NCBI GenBank assembly: GCA_964016885.1
Contig: OZ024747.1
Location: forward strand, 25,420,001-25,484,000
DNA from: Eledone cirrhosa
Lineage: Eukaryota
Length of the DNA: 64,000 bases
Direction of reading: 5' to 3'
Position 1 is the first letter of the stretch. Each line of letters opens with the position of its first letter. The position numbers were made by a program, and so were the translations under genes. Below, piece after piece: positions 27,952 through 40,625 of the stretch. The notes below the pieces were generated by a model. The model searched no databases. It was not told where the DNA came from and saw nothing but the letters and a program-made list of their open reading frames with translations.

Positions 27952-28409
27952 CTGTAGGATACAACAAAATAAACAAAATCAAAAATTTATCCAATAGCAA
28001 ACAAATCAAGCAAAATTTTCACTTTGCTCTGCAGCACAAAAATATAGTTTAAAGCTGTAGAATACAGAAAAAAGAGATCACATTATAACATAACTTAACC
28101 AAAGTTTTAACATAAAATTAAATTACGATAAAAAATTTTTTATATGAAAGTAAACACTTTAAAAATAAACAGTTTTATATCATAGAAACAAAACTAGTTT
28201 CAGGTGGGTTTGTATCAAAAGGACTACGGTAAAAAAAAAAAAAAAAAAAAAACTCTGAAAGAAAGGCCTAGCAACATTTATACACAGTATTACTGGTATT
28301 TTCTGTCCACAACTATAAGAAAGCTGTTGAAAACTTCTCTTGGTTCAAAGTTGATGCTGTTTTGCTTTACTATGTCTGAATTTGAATAATTATTATGATG
28401 AATTGCAGG

Positions 28410-28630
28410 GTGGTGGATTGGCAGCATCGGTAGAGGGTCGGACACCATGCTTTGTAGTTTAGAGTTACGTCCCTTTATGATCCGAGTTCAAATCTCGCTG
28501 AGGTTAACTTTGCTTTTCATCCTTATGGGGTCGATAAAATAAAGTACCTGTCACCCACTAGGGTCGATTTACTCGACTTTCCCCTCCTCCCAAATTGATG
28601 GCCTTGTGCCTATATGAGAAACCATTATTA
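28410..28630 (+). mobile_element. tRNA-derived SINE with Deu/Nin-like central domain
   Basis: A-box tggcagcatcgg, B-box gagttcaaatc, central aactttgcttttcatccttatggggtcgataaaataaagtacc, tail ggccttgtgcct..gaaaccattatt; a second partial copy follows at 28640-28806. Confidence 0.8.
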
Positions 28631-30479
28631 TGATGGATTGCAGCATTTGTTCCAGCTCTTTAAATTATGAGTTCAAATCTAACCAAGGTCAACTTTGCTT
28701 TTCACCCTTCCAGGGACAATAAAATGAAGTACCTATCACATACTAGAGTTGATATAATTGTCTCCCCCCCCCCTTCAAATTGTTAGTTTTGTGCATAAAT
28801 TAGAAACTAAGTTACCACTTGATTACCATATTTTCAATGAAAAAGACTGATTTTTAATTGATTTTGATAACAATTTTGGGGAATTTAGTAATATAATTAA
28901 CTTTGTCATTTGTAAGTGGATGTTTGGATAATAAAAGTTCTAATGTAAAACTTTGATGGGAAGTTCAAATTTAAATATGAACACTTTAAAATAAATTGTT
29001 TGTATCATAAAACACAATATGGTTTTAGGTGGTTTGGTATCAAAAGGGTTAAGTACCATGGAAGGTTATATTCAAAGTAGACAGGTGTAATTTGTGTCAC
29101 ATGATTCAACATGAAAAATCACAACTTCCTATAACTGCCCCCCTAAGAATTTGTCTTTGTATAAGACACCAAGATTATTATTTTGCTTAACCCTTTTGTT
29201 ACCTTATTTCTAATGAAAGACTTTGTCTATCATTTTCAATCAATTTTGAAAATAATATACAAATGTGGAGGGATTTAGTAATATAACTAACTTTCTCATT
29301 ATTAAACTGGTTCTTATATAAAATTATGATAGAAGGATTTTAGATAAATACATTCTTGTTGGACCACAGTTGGTTTTGATGTTGAGTATTCCAGTGTTCA
29401 ATGGAACATACATGAAGGTAACAGAAAACACAAACGTTTTCTTTTTTCTTCATGTATGCCTTCATAAAGAACTGGTTATTTAATCAGTTCTGACAAATAA
29501 TATGGATGATGAACATAGTGTTGAAAGATTGAAATAAAATCTAATAGATTTATATGAAGTATTTAGTTTTACAAGCAGCTCAATTTTCTGTCTGATGTAA
29601 AGCATTTATAAGATTGATGCTGTTTTTTTAAGGGGTGGTGATCACCTATACGTGTGCTGTACAATGACTGGCTCTATAGGAGGCACTTTATCATTAAAGG
29701 ACTTGTTGCATGTTTTGTTATTCAGTCTGTTAGTAATTTGGTCAAAAGCTTCATTCATAGCAAAATATGAGATTAGGGAGGTGGGTTTAGTTGGTGAGAA
29801 ATATTATCAATCTTTTGGGAAAGAAACAGTGGTAATACAGAATCTATCATAAAATTCAAGCTTAACCCTTTCGTTAGAATAGTTCTAATGAATAACGTTA
29901 CCTATAATTATCGAATCACATCCAAAATAATTAAGAATTTGAAGGGATTTCATTAAATAACTTTTTCATTATTAAGCTGGAACATAATATAACCAAAGTT
30001 GTTACATAGAATTAAGGTGGAATGTTTTTAGGTAAATATAAAGACATTAAAAAATAAACAGCTTAGTATCACAGAACCAGAGGCATTTCAGGCTGTTTGG
30101 TATTAAAAAGGTTAAAATAAACAGTATCATAGAACCTAGGGTGGTTTCAGGCAATTTGTTATCAAAAGGGTTAATGTTATAATAAATGTCAAAGTTACCT
30201 TGATATATACTATGATTTATGACTTCTCTGGATGCAGAGGAAAACGTAATGAATATATAATTGAAGGAATATTGCTTCTCATTTAACTAAATTTCATTAT
30301 GTTACAGAGCAGGCAGTATAGACGTGTGTGATATAAAGCAAATTATCATGATGATGATTATTCAGAGTCATCATTATTTGGTGACTTACAAATTCTGATC
30401 AAGGGATTAGATCTAATGTATGGCTTCTTTATTATGGTTGAATGTGATGACTTGCATCGTATTTATACATAGTTTTGGT

Positions 30480-30839
30480 TAACACTTAACGTATTGTAAT
30501 GATTTAGCAGAAAATATCTAAAAACAATGTTTGTTAATTTAAATGTTTATAGTATTAGTGGACAGATTGTTGTGAAAATCTGCAGTATTAGAATTAAGAC
30601 TTTCATGTTTAATGTGATGCAGTCATAGTGCTATTTTGTACTTTTTAAGAACGTCTTGCTAATGCAGTTTTGTGAAGTGTGTTAATTCAAATGTTTATAG
30701 TATCTTTATTAGTGGACAGACTGTTGTCAAAATTTGCAGTTTTAGAGTTAAGACCTTGTGATTCAGTCAGTGCGGTTTTGTAGTTTTCAAGAATTCTTTG
30801 TTAATGGTGTTTCATACAGTAAAGAATGTTAAGAGTTAA
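30480..30839 (-). mobile_element. TTAA element family C (inverted)
   Basis: Reverse complement of the 20861 family; ends gttaagagttaa. Confidence 0.65.
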
Positions 30840-31701
30840 GTTATTTCTGAATGTAGTGGTCACTTTTAGCTGTATAAGTGTTACTGTAAATAATGATGCC
30901 AAGACTGTGTGTTATTGAAACAAAAGTAATTAGATGAAGAAAATGCCAGTTACATTTATAGAAATATTGATTATATACATTGAAATAAGGGTGCTAGGTT
31001 ATATACTTTAAACGGAAGATACATATGTAAGTTTTAATGTTTCTTTGCAAGTCTTCCAATAGCTGAATGCTGTAAGATGTTGGAAAATATTTCATTGTTT
31101 TTTTTTGTGCAGGAATATAGTCTTAAAGTTTTAGAGTTAGGTGACACAGTGAAGTCATTGTAGATTCTGACCAATGTTGTAGTTTAATCTGAGATGGAAT
31201 ATAAATGTTTTCAAGCTTTCTGGGTTACCTTTTCATTGTTGTTCATATAGCGCCTCTTTATATAAATATTTAATTCATAATTTTAATTACTCTTCATTTT
31301 AGGATTGTACTTGTCTGACAGATGACTTGATTTGAGACTGTGTGTTATTGAAACAAAAGTAATTAGATGAAGAAAAATCATTTTAGCCACTGATGTACCT
31401 GACTAGCAAATGAATTAATGTGGGACATAAATTCACTTTACATTTATCAACTTTTGTGTGATTTTTGAATGGCTAAAGTGACACTTTCATGATGCAATTG
31501 CTTTAGCTTCAACAGCACTCAGATCAAGACACTTGCTAGACAAGTATAGCTGTGGCTAAAATATGGCCTGCTCATTTCAGCATGTACTGGAGCCTTTCTC
31601 ATGGCCCCAGCACTTTCACCTTACAGGTTGATTTTTGTCATTATGCCAACATTGTGAGAGAGCAAGTGATAAGTCATGGGATGTATGTGTGCGTGTATAT
31701 C

Positions 31702-31801
31702 CAGGGTGTCCTCCCAAAATGTATACACATTTCGACTACTTGTACAGGCAATATTTATTAGAATGCTGTTGAAGTATGTATACATTTTTTAGGACATCTT
31801 G
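31702..31801. mobile_element. Small Tc1/mariner-type MITE
   Basis: Imperfect TIRs cagggtgtcc..aaaatgtatac / gtatacattttttaggacatcttg followed by TA. Confidence 0.6.
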
Positions 31802-32750
31802 TATATCATCATTCCATGGCAGAGATTTACAGAACTAACAAGGAGTTATTAGCGTCTCAAAACCAGTTGCTCCTGGTAGACAGAACTCATCAGTCTTGGC
31901 TGGCAGTCTATCTAGGAGAAAGGTTATACTCTGCATTAAAAACTGGATGAGATGTGACTCCTTAGTCATAATTATTTCCCTGGATGATATCAGGGCGTGC
32001 AGTATGTCTACTAGGAGTGAAGTATACCAAGCTGTTGTTACGGAATTCTTTTAAGGGAAGGAAACTCTAAAATGAATCCTGTAGTTCACATGATTACTGA
32101 TCATCTTGCTTAAGATTGTCATCATATAATAAATCACTGAAACTTAGAGAGTGTTAGTCCTGTTGTAACCCATAATGTACAGATGTCTCTTTTGCAATCT
32201 TCTCATCTGTTATTCTATTTCTAAAGCTGATGCTGCCCAGGACTCTGAATTCTTCACACCATTTAGACATTGGGTCTATTGCTGCAACTATTGAGGTGTA
32301 CGTGAATTTATGCCAATGAAATATCACCTCTTCTGTAGTTTCATCACCTTGGGAAATGTAGTAGAGGTGGGAGCAGTAACAGTTCCTCAGTCACCTGTAC
32401 TGATGTATCTTATGTTAGAGTGTTGTCAATGCCTGGGGTGGGGTCATGTACTTGCATTTTCTTGCTAGATTGAAAAGTCACCTCCTTGCAGATGGGTGGG
32501 TGTAGACTTGCAGGAAAGATTGAGGCGTTGTTGAGACAGTTATCTTCTGACAAAATGAAGCAATCATCATATACCATCATCCCCTTTTAACATCTATTTT
32601 TCAATAATAATAATAATAATAAAAGGAAAGGAAGAAAAAGGGCCACTTTCAGTCATGACTGGCCATAGATTTTACTCAAGCATGGACAAGGTGATTTGTA
32701 GAAGATCAGCAGTCGCCCATGCATATCAGTCTTCTCTCTTCATGCCGCTG

Positions 32751-32789
<39 letters not shown>

Positions 32790-32800
32790 AGCACAACATC

Positions 32801-32850
<50 letters not shown>

Positions 32851-32968
32851 CACTCACATAAGAATATGGGGATATAACAAAAACTTTTAAAAATCAATAA
32901 AAAATAGACAAATTCAAAATATAAGAAACTGTTCTCTTTGCGTTACTCACTCTCTGTAATTATCCAAC

Positions 32969-33002
<34 letters not shown>

Positions 33003-33329
33003 CTATTTTCATAAATTCTAATTTTTCCTTCTGAATAAGATAAAAGAAGAAAGGGTGAAAGAGGAAATAGATAGACAGAGATTGAGAAATATATTTTAGA
33101 GAAGACTATATGAACTGATAAAGAGATAGAAACAATCTTAGTTGTGGTTTCCATATGTTTATAAATGTGTGTGTGTGTGTGTATGTTCACTCTCAAGATT
33201 GTTCAAAACGGTTTACTCTTTGATTAACCTTCTGGGTACTCTAGGCGCATTATGTCACCAATAGAGTAATCTCCCCTTAATACATAATGCAGTGTGAAGG
33301 GAAGCAATTTATAAAATAATTCAGCATGC

Positions 33330-33720
33330 TAAAGGTTAATGAGGTAACTCCAGGTAGTCAAGTCTTAAACAAAAGCTTCTCAGTTATTGGTGCTAATGCA
33401 GGTTTATTAAGTTGCCTTCAGAACATCTTTGAAGCATTTTAGCTGTCATCCCTCTGGTTTGTGTCTCCTTTAGTTGTCTTCATGTAATTTGTGTGTCCTT
33501 CCTCAGTTGGCTATAGAAAATTTGCTGGGGAAGCAAGTTATCCCCCATTCAAAGCAGGTGTCCTGCTCATTGAAGACAATTCTTGGTGATAGTTGATTGG
33601 ACGATGGATTTTACCTCTTTGAAGCTGGTAATGTTGGTCATGCAGACCTGCCATTTGATTATGAAGATGCTATAAAAGCAAACTTTATGAAAACACACCA
33701 ATACCAATTGAATCAAAAGT
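33330..33720 (-). mobile_element. Highly degenerate LINE (RTE-like) fragment
   Basis: Minus strand contains QLKCFKDVLKA, resembling the GGQxKRFKDxLK RTE C-terminal motif; heavily frameshifted. Confidence 0.4.
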
Positions 33721-33787
33721 TGATGGTAGATGATGCAAACCTTTGACCCATAAAGAACATCTATATGCGTGTGTGTGTATAAATAAA

Positions 33788-34538
33788 CAGGGTGCGGACG
33801 ATATTTGTTCGCAATTTTCAACTGCTAATTTTATGCAAATTTTTTTAACTTCCATTGTCACTCTTGTCTTCATAAAAACAGTGACTATATTTCCATTATT
33901 TATTTTCAGAATAATTGATTATGAATAATTTGGAACCTCCAAATTTGTGGAAGAGACACAGAGTTCTTCTAGGAATCTGCAACGGGAGGACAAATAAGAC
34001 CAGAAGATCAACTCCCAGAACAATAGGTGGCTCGCTGTCTCATCCAAAGACGTGCCCAGAGTCATGCAGACAAAGTTTCCAGCGACAACATTGGTCTTAG
34101 GTGTCGTCAGCAGTCAAGGTGACGTCATGCCACCTCACTTCTTCTCAGCGCCCTGCCATACCAGCCGAAAGACCCAAGCCTGGCTGTCAGAGAACTTCGT
34201 CGACCACACTTCACCTGACATCTGGCCTCCCAACTCGCCTGACTGCAACCTCCTCAACTTCTTTGTGGGGGGCGCAGTGTAACGAGACATGAACAGATCT
34301 AGTTGCAATACGAAAGACGATCTGAAGGCCAGGATCACAAGTCGGAGGACAGTGACAAAGGCCTGTAGCCTTGAGGCTGTCATCAAAGCCAATAGCGGGT
34401 TTATCAAGTGAGATCAAAAGAACAAGTCATGAACACAAACTGACCCAAGTTTGATAAATAAATCTTAAAAAATAAAACTACTGTGTTATTTTCTTTTCCT
34501 AGACAGTAATCTTGCGAACAAATATCGTCCGCACCCTG
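33788..34538 (+). mobile_element. Internally deleted Tc1/mariner (maT/DD37D-like) transposon
   Basis: Perfect 27-bp TIRs CAGGGTGCGGACGATATTTGTTCGCAA (33788-33814 and 34512-34538); TA at the right end; transposase remnant KFPA..VLGVVSSQGDVMPPHFF / APCHTSRKTQAWL...WPPNSPDCN with the middle catalytic segment deleted. Confidence 0.9.
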
Positions 34539-34625
34539 TATATATCAGAATGGAAGCTGTAAAAACCAGTTAGACCATTACTCACCAGAGTACTGAATAT
34601 GTGGGATAGTAGAATGGGTAATATG

Positions 34626-34739
34626 AAAAATTTGAGACCCCGACAGCTGAGCTCGTGGCATTTCAACAGCTAGATCTGAACATGATCAGATCTAGCTGTT
34701 GAAACGGCACGAGCTCAGCTGTCATGGTCCCAAATTTTT
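34626..34739. repeat. Long inverted repeat (54-bp arms, 6-nt loop)
   Basis: Arms 34626-34679 and 34686-34739 with 5 mismatches; loop acatga. Confidence 0.9.
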
Positions 34740-34748
34740 TATATATAT

Positions 34749-34779
<31 letters not shown>

Positions 34780-36729
34780 TGAACCTCCATCAGTTCTGAT
34801 GGCAAGTGTTCTAATTGGTTGATCAAGGAGACAGCCTGCTTGTGAAATCAACATTCAAATGGCACAGACATGTACCCTGGATATAGTTCTCAAAGATATT
34901 CAGCGTGACAAGGCTGGTCTTTTGAATTAAAAGTGGAACTCATTTTTGCCAGTTGAGTTGACTGAAGCAGCAGCATCATCATTTTATGACTGCTTTTTCA
35001 TGATTCAATGAATTATTGTGAATCATATGTTAGGCTTTTCATATTTTTTGGCAGTATTTTTCTGGCTGGATGCTCTTCCTACCACCAACCACTTTACACT
35101 GTGGACTGGGTGCATTCTTCATGCCATAAGCAATAAAGAGGTTGTGTGACCATACTCACGGGTCTTCTCCAACCTATATCAGTTTTTATTCAGGCTGACT
35201 TCACTGTCCCACATCTGTACCATGAAATAAAATGTCTTGCTGAAGGATGTAATGCATTGCTGGGAATCAAACTCATGACCTAACGATTGAAGTGAACACT
35301 TTGATCACTAAACCATGCACCTTCACACATATATACATATACACACACACACATATATACATATACACACATATATATATATATATATATATACATATAT
35401 ATACATATTAAAGGATCACTAACAAGACACTCCAAATAACAACTTACAAAGACTGAACTCAAAATAAGTATCATGCACATGTACATTTACTATATATATA
35501 TATATACATGCACACATACATACATAAATATACAAATGTGTGTGTGTATATATATATATATATGGTGGCTGCCAACTCGTTTTCGAGTACGGTCACTACT
35601 TTATATCCATGTAGGAGAACCCCTACCGATGCGCTGAACGAGTGTGACTTTTTAGTCCAGCCAGCGACTTGAAAACTCTGGTACAAACACTACACTTGTG
35701 ACAATTATTGACACATAGTGCTGGGCCCATGGTACCATGTGACGACAAGTGCAGAGAGATCTCCAGATATAAAGCAATGCCTGTGCCGTGAAGCTTTTAT
35801 AGTGAGCAAAGGCACTGCACAAAGCCAGTCCCACTCTCTTAACCAAGATGATATTTACCAAAAAGAAGAACAAGTCAACATCATTGGATACCATCAGTGT
35901 TGCAGGTGTTATATCAGAGTTTTCCTTCTCCTAGAATTTTGCCTTGACAAAGGCTAAGGGGGTCATCTCTCCCGGTGATTTTGGATGGCCATTGACTCTT
36001 AAGAGCTCCTTTGCCCTTTGACAGGTTTTGTTTTTAGTCCTGCAGGATGTCCAAAGTCACCCTCCTCACCAAGAAACCTTGGTGGGGTTGCCAGTTTAGT
36101 CGCCAACGACCAGACCATGAGACAGGTTGTACTGGGATACATGTTACCAGTAGCACCAACTGGTAATAAGGTAGTAATGTGTTACTGACCTTTCCTGTTT
36201 ATAGTTGTATATAGTGTATATATAACTATAAATAATATTATTATTATATATATATATATAATAATATATATTATATATATATATATGGCACCAGTGTTAT
36301 CACAACTCATATATACACTACACTTTACATGATGTCCTAGAGATAGGTAGAGGCTAAAACAGCTTGGCACCAGTAATGTTGCAACTCAATTTTCCTAGCT
36401 GAGTGGACTGGAGCAGCCTAAAAGACAGCATGCACTGATTGTACACACTGTACAATTAGGGTAATTGCCTTGTGCACTACAAGATTAAGACTACTCACTA
36501 CACCAGTACTAGTGTAGTTACTTTATGCTCTACACTAACATTAGTAATGTTGCCATGTGCACTACAAGATCAAAATCCTCACAACTCTGCATTACCCCCA
36601 TCCATTGAAAGCAGCATGACCTGAGGTCAGAGAGTGAAAGAAATGAAAGTAGAGAGAACAAAAGGAGAAACAGGATGATCTTGGGACTATCACTGTCACA
36701 GGCCTCAGTGACATGATAAAATGTATCAA

Positions 36730-37000
36730 GTATACTTTAGGAGAGCCTAAAAAAAGGCTGGTGCTTATCCCGGTTTCATGGCATAAAGCGACAGAGTACA
36801 AGACTTCCCCCTGGACAGGACGTCAGTCCATCGCAGGGTTAAACCCCCAGCTATTGCTGGTACTCATTTTCAGCTGAGTATACCGGAGCAATCTGAAATG
36901 AAGTATTTTACTCAATGACACAAATCACAACTCAGGAATCGAACCCACCACATTATGATTATAAGTCCAACACCCTTACCACTAATACATGCACCTCCAC
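36730..37000 (-). mobile_element. CORE-like SINE, inverted
   Basis: gctggtactcattttcagctgagt...tgaaatgaagtattttactcaatgacac...ggaatcgaaccc...cttaccacta. Confidence 0.65.
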
Positions 37001-38496
37001 CTCTAGGAGAGCCATCACCTCAAATTGGATCTGGCTGTGCTCATGACAACACGTTCAACCCATGCCAACATAGAAACGTGGATGAAAAATAATGATGATG
37101 ATACATACATTTTTTTTAATACATTCATAACATATATATAAGTACAACTATAACATACACATATAGATGTGTATATATGTAGACAGATCTATAACATATA
37201 ATACAGACATATATATATCCATAACATACACATGCGTACATAACAGCCACACACATAATATATGTTTTCCAAGAGATGGTAACCTGAATAGAACTTTTTT
37301 TTCTCAAAACATTTTTTCTTGTTTCTGCCACTGCTCACTCTCCTCTATCTTTCCATTTGTGTTTTAATTTCTTATTTTATTTTCTGATGAAGGACTAGCA
37401 TCCAAAACGTTAAGACTCTTTTCCTACTATGTCAAGCATAAAGTTAATATATTTCTTCCTTGTACTGTGTCATTTGCTTTGTTATTTCTGTTTGCCTCTT
37501 GAATATATATATATATATACACACACACACGTACACATATTCGCACACAGAATGGCTGAATCTCAATTTTGAGAATTGCTGTCCCTTGACTTTTTTCTCA
37601 TATATGAGAATCAAATTCCTTTCTGCATATGCTGCAGAGAAAGAAAAAAGAAAAGGCCATGCTTGTTTAACACATGTTGTTTATATCAAATGATTATCTG
37701 TGCTTGAAGCATTTTCAGAGAAGAAAAGCCTTGGACTTAACCAATTCCACTCTTTGAACAACAGTGACAGGTATCCAAAAAGAAGAATAGGCCAACATCA
37801 ATTGGCTGCCATCAAGTTGCAAGTTTTACATCAGAGTTTACCTTCTCCTAAAATGATGTCCTAACAAGAACCAAGGGTCTCCCCACATGCTCAGACACCA
37901 AACTGAGTATTTCCATGTCGTGCACACGTGTGTGTGTGTACACACATATATATATGTACACACACACATATATATATATTAGAAGATTCAATGAGTTAGT
38001 ATTTCCTGTGGCAGGAAAATACACTTTTCTATGATGTTTGTGCAGTTGGCAAATCTGGAAAGGCTAGTCCATATACAAGTCATATTGCCACTTTAGTAGA
38101 TTTTATGTATTTGAAGACTAGAGATTCCTGTATATAACAGAAGAAAGTCTTTGGAGTCAACTTCATTCACTTTAGCTGCTGAGAGTTCTTTCTTGGATCA
38201 TTCTTCTAATCATTATTTCTGATTACAGCAGAGCATAAAATGTCATGGACATATTTAAAATGGTATTTGAAAATGTTTATGATTGCTTTTTTTAGGCCCC
38301 CAAGAGGCCTGCTTGCTTGAAAAAGGTCATACAATCTGCAGGTCTTTTAAGGCCAATTACTTCCCATGAGAGGCTTGGGAAAAGGAGTGTGGTATACTAA
38401 CTACTGGTTGTAACTTCTGACAGAATCGTCATTACTTTTCTGGATAAGACGTAGATTTGGAGTCAAAATGCAGACACAGAACGAATATTACCTCTT

Positions 38497-38710
38497 TAAC
38501 CCTTTAGTATTTAAACCGGTCATATCCGACCAGAATTCTCTCACCTCTTTCTGAACAAATTGGCTGAAACTGGCCACTCATACGTATGTTAAGGTATTCT
38601 TCCAAAATAAATAATATCAAAACCTCATAGATTCAATATTATGTGAGGTAAAGCCTTTACCGTGAAAATACAATAGCAAATATAGAGTAATGTAAATGCT
38701 AAAGGGTTAA
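38497..38710 (+). mobile_element. piggyBac-like TTAA MITE, family B
   Basis: ttaaccctttagtattt ... aaatgctaaagggttaa; similar along its length to 7937-8152. Confidence 0.8.
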
Positions 38711-39229
38711 TGGTTCTGCCAATCTACTGCCCCTGGATTACTACTTTATCTTCTTCATTGGAGCATACAAATGCTACTTCAATGGAGTTATAATCTTTTT
38801 GAGTGATCTGTTAGACCAATAATATTGAGCTCCTTTTAAATCATTATCTCTGCTTACAGTAGTATTCAAAATGTCATGAATATATTTCCTTCATTTATCA
38901 CTGTTCATTATCATTGTATTAATTTCTGCCTATGAATGGCACAGAGACCATTTTAGTATTTGATCTCTCCAGATAGCATTGAGACATTCTCAGTTTATCG
39001 TTCATGTATCATACCCTCCATTTAACCCCATTCATTGTGATTGCATTGAGTTCTGCCCACGATTAACAGAGACCATTTGAGAATCTGGTCTCTCCATCTA
39101 CCATTGAGACATTCTCAGTATCTTTTCAGGTATTATACATTCCAAACAGATTTTGGAGAGATCCCACATTGAGCACTTGATGTGGTGAAACAGTCTGAGA
39201 GAGTTGCGTTAAATTGGTTGCTGCATCAC

Positions 39230-39363
39230 TTTTCATAGATGTAATATTTTAACTCTTGTTAGTCATATGTTTACCACTCATGACATTGTTTTGAAATACT
39301 CAAATTTTTGCAGACCAAGTGACACAATCTAATCCATACAAAAGTACAGGGACAATGTAAATG

Positions 39364-39365
<2 letters not shown>
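39230..39365 (-). mobile_element. Degenerate LINE fragment
   Basis: Minus strand reads YSIYIVPVLLYGLDCV, similar to the Y...VLLYGxE post-RT motif of RTE-like LINEs. Confidence 0.4.
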
Positions 39366-39396
<31 letters not shown>

Positions 39397-40281
39397 AGCT
39401 TTAACTTTAATTGAGGCATTTAGTAATATTTGAGCATATTTTTCATTGTTTTAGTCCCTGGGAAAAGTTTTTTTCTTTTTTGCTTAACTCTTTTGTTACA
39501 ATATTTCTAATGAAATACATAAACCATATGTTTCAATATATTTTGAAGAATTTGAAATAAAAATATAGCTTAACCTTTTCATTATTAAGCTGTTGTTTTG
39601 ATGCTAAATTAACAAAAGTTTTTTTTTATATAAAATTAAGATGGATGGTTTTAATTAAAACAGTTTTATATCATAGAACAAGAGGTGGTTTCAGGTGGTT
39701 TGGTATCAAAAGAGTTCAATAATTATGAAGCATCCAATTCTGTTATTCTTTTACTGGTTCCAATCACTGGATTGTGGCCATACTGGAGCCTAACATTTAA
39801 GGGTATAATGGACAACCCAGTACTTGATTGGTAATGACTTTTTCAATCTTGGAAGGACAGAAAGCAAAGTGAATACAGGTAAGATTTGAAATCCAAATTT
39901 AAACAGCTTTGTATCATAAAATGAAAGACGATTCAGACATATTGGGATCAAAAGGGTTAATTATTTGGATGCCTAGAAAGGAGCAGAAAGCTTGACAGTT
40001 TTCAATACTTCTTATGTACTGCAAGTTGAGTTATCTGAAACTATAGTACTAATCTATTCTGCACAGACGAGCCTCAGTTGCCTCCCAATAATCTTTTTGA
40101 AGGTTTCTACTTTTGAGAATGTAAATTCTTGTGATTTGTGGTCTGAAGTCAATGATTTTATGGTCTGAGAAAGAAGAAGGGCTTATTTTGACGAGTACCT
40201 GGTTTGTGTAGATGTGTGTGTGTGTGTATCATATGCATGTATGTGTTTATATATACATACACAGACACACACATATATATA

Positions 40282-40321
<40 letters not shown>

Positions 40322-40475
40322 TATATAGCTAGAAATATATAATATAAAGAGTGGTTGATAAAGGGAGAGAGTGAAAGAAAGAGAAAAAGAAAGAAACAGT
40401 GAAAGGTTCTACTACAGATAGTTGGCTAGGTTACAGTACAATATAGAAAGTAACAATTCAAAAACTTCATCTCAC

Positions 40476-40556
40476 CTATCCGTTTGCTCACTAGTCCTAC
40501 TAAGTCCAGGGTAGTAGTAGTCTGCACGCTCTTCATGATCATATTTCTCATCATCC
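40476..40556 (-). CDS. Candidate 81-nt in-frame cassette exon within FERM F3
   Basis: ttgcttgcttgtag|G...GATAG|gtgaga; phase 2 to 2, matching the host intron; open frame (W)DDEKYDHEERADYYYPGLSRTSEQTD(R); unique non-repeat sequence. Confidence 0.6.
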
Positions 40557-40625
40557 CTACAAGCAAGCAAAGGATGGATGCATGCTAACAGTCTCCAGAA
40601 GGTTTAGCAAGTTAGAGTGGCATAC

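Noticed and set aside
28410-28510. tRNA gene
   Set aside because: A/B boxes belong to a SINE head continuing into the SINE body; no cloverleaf.
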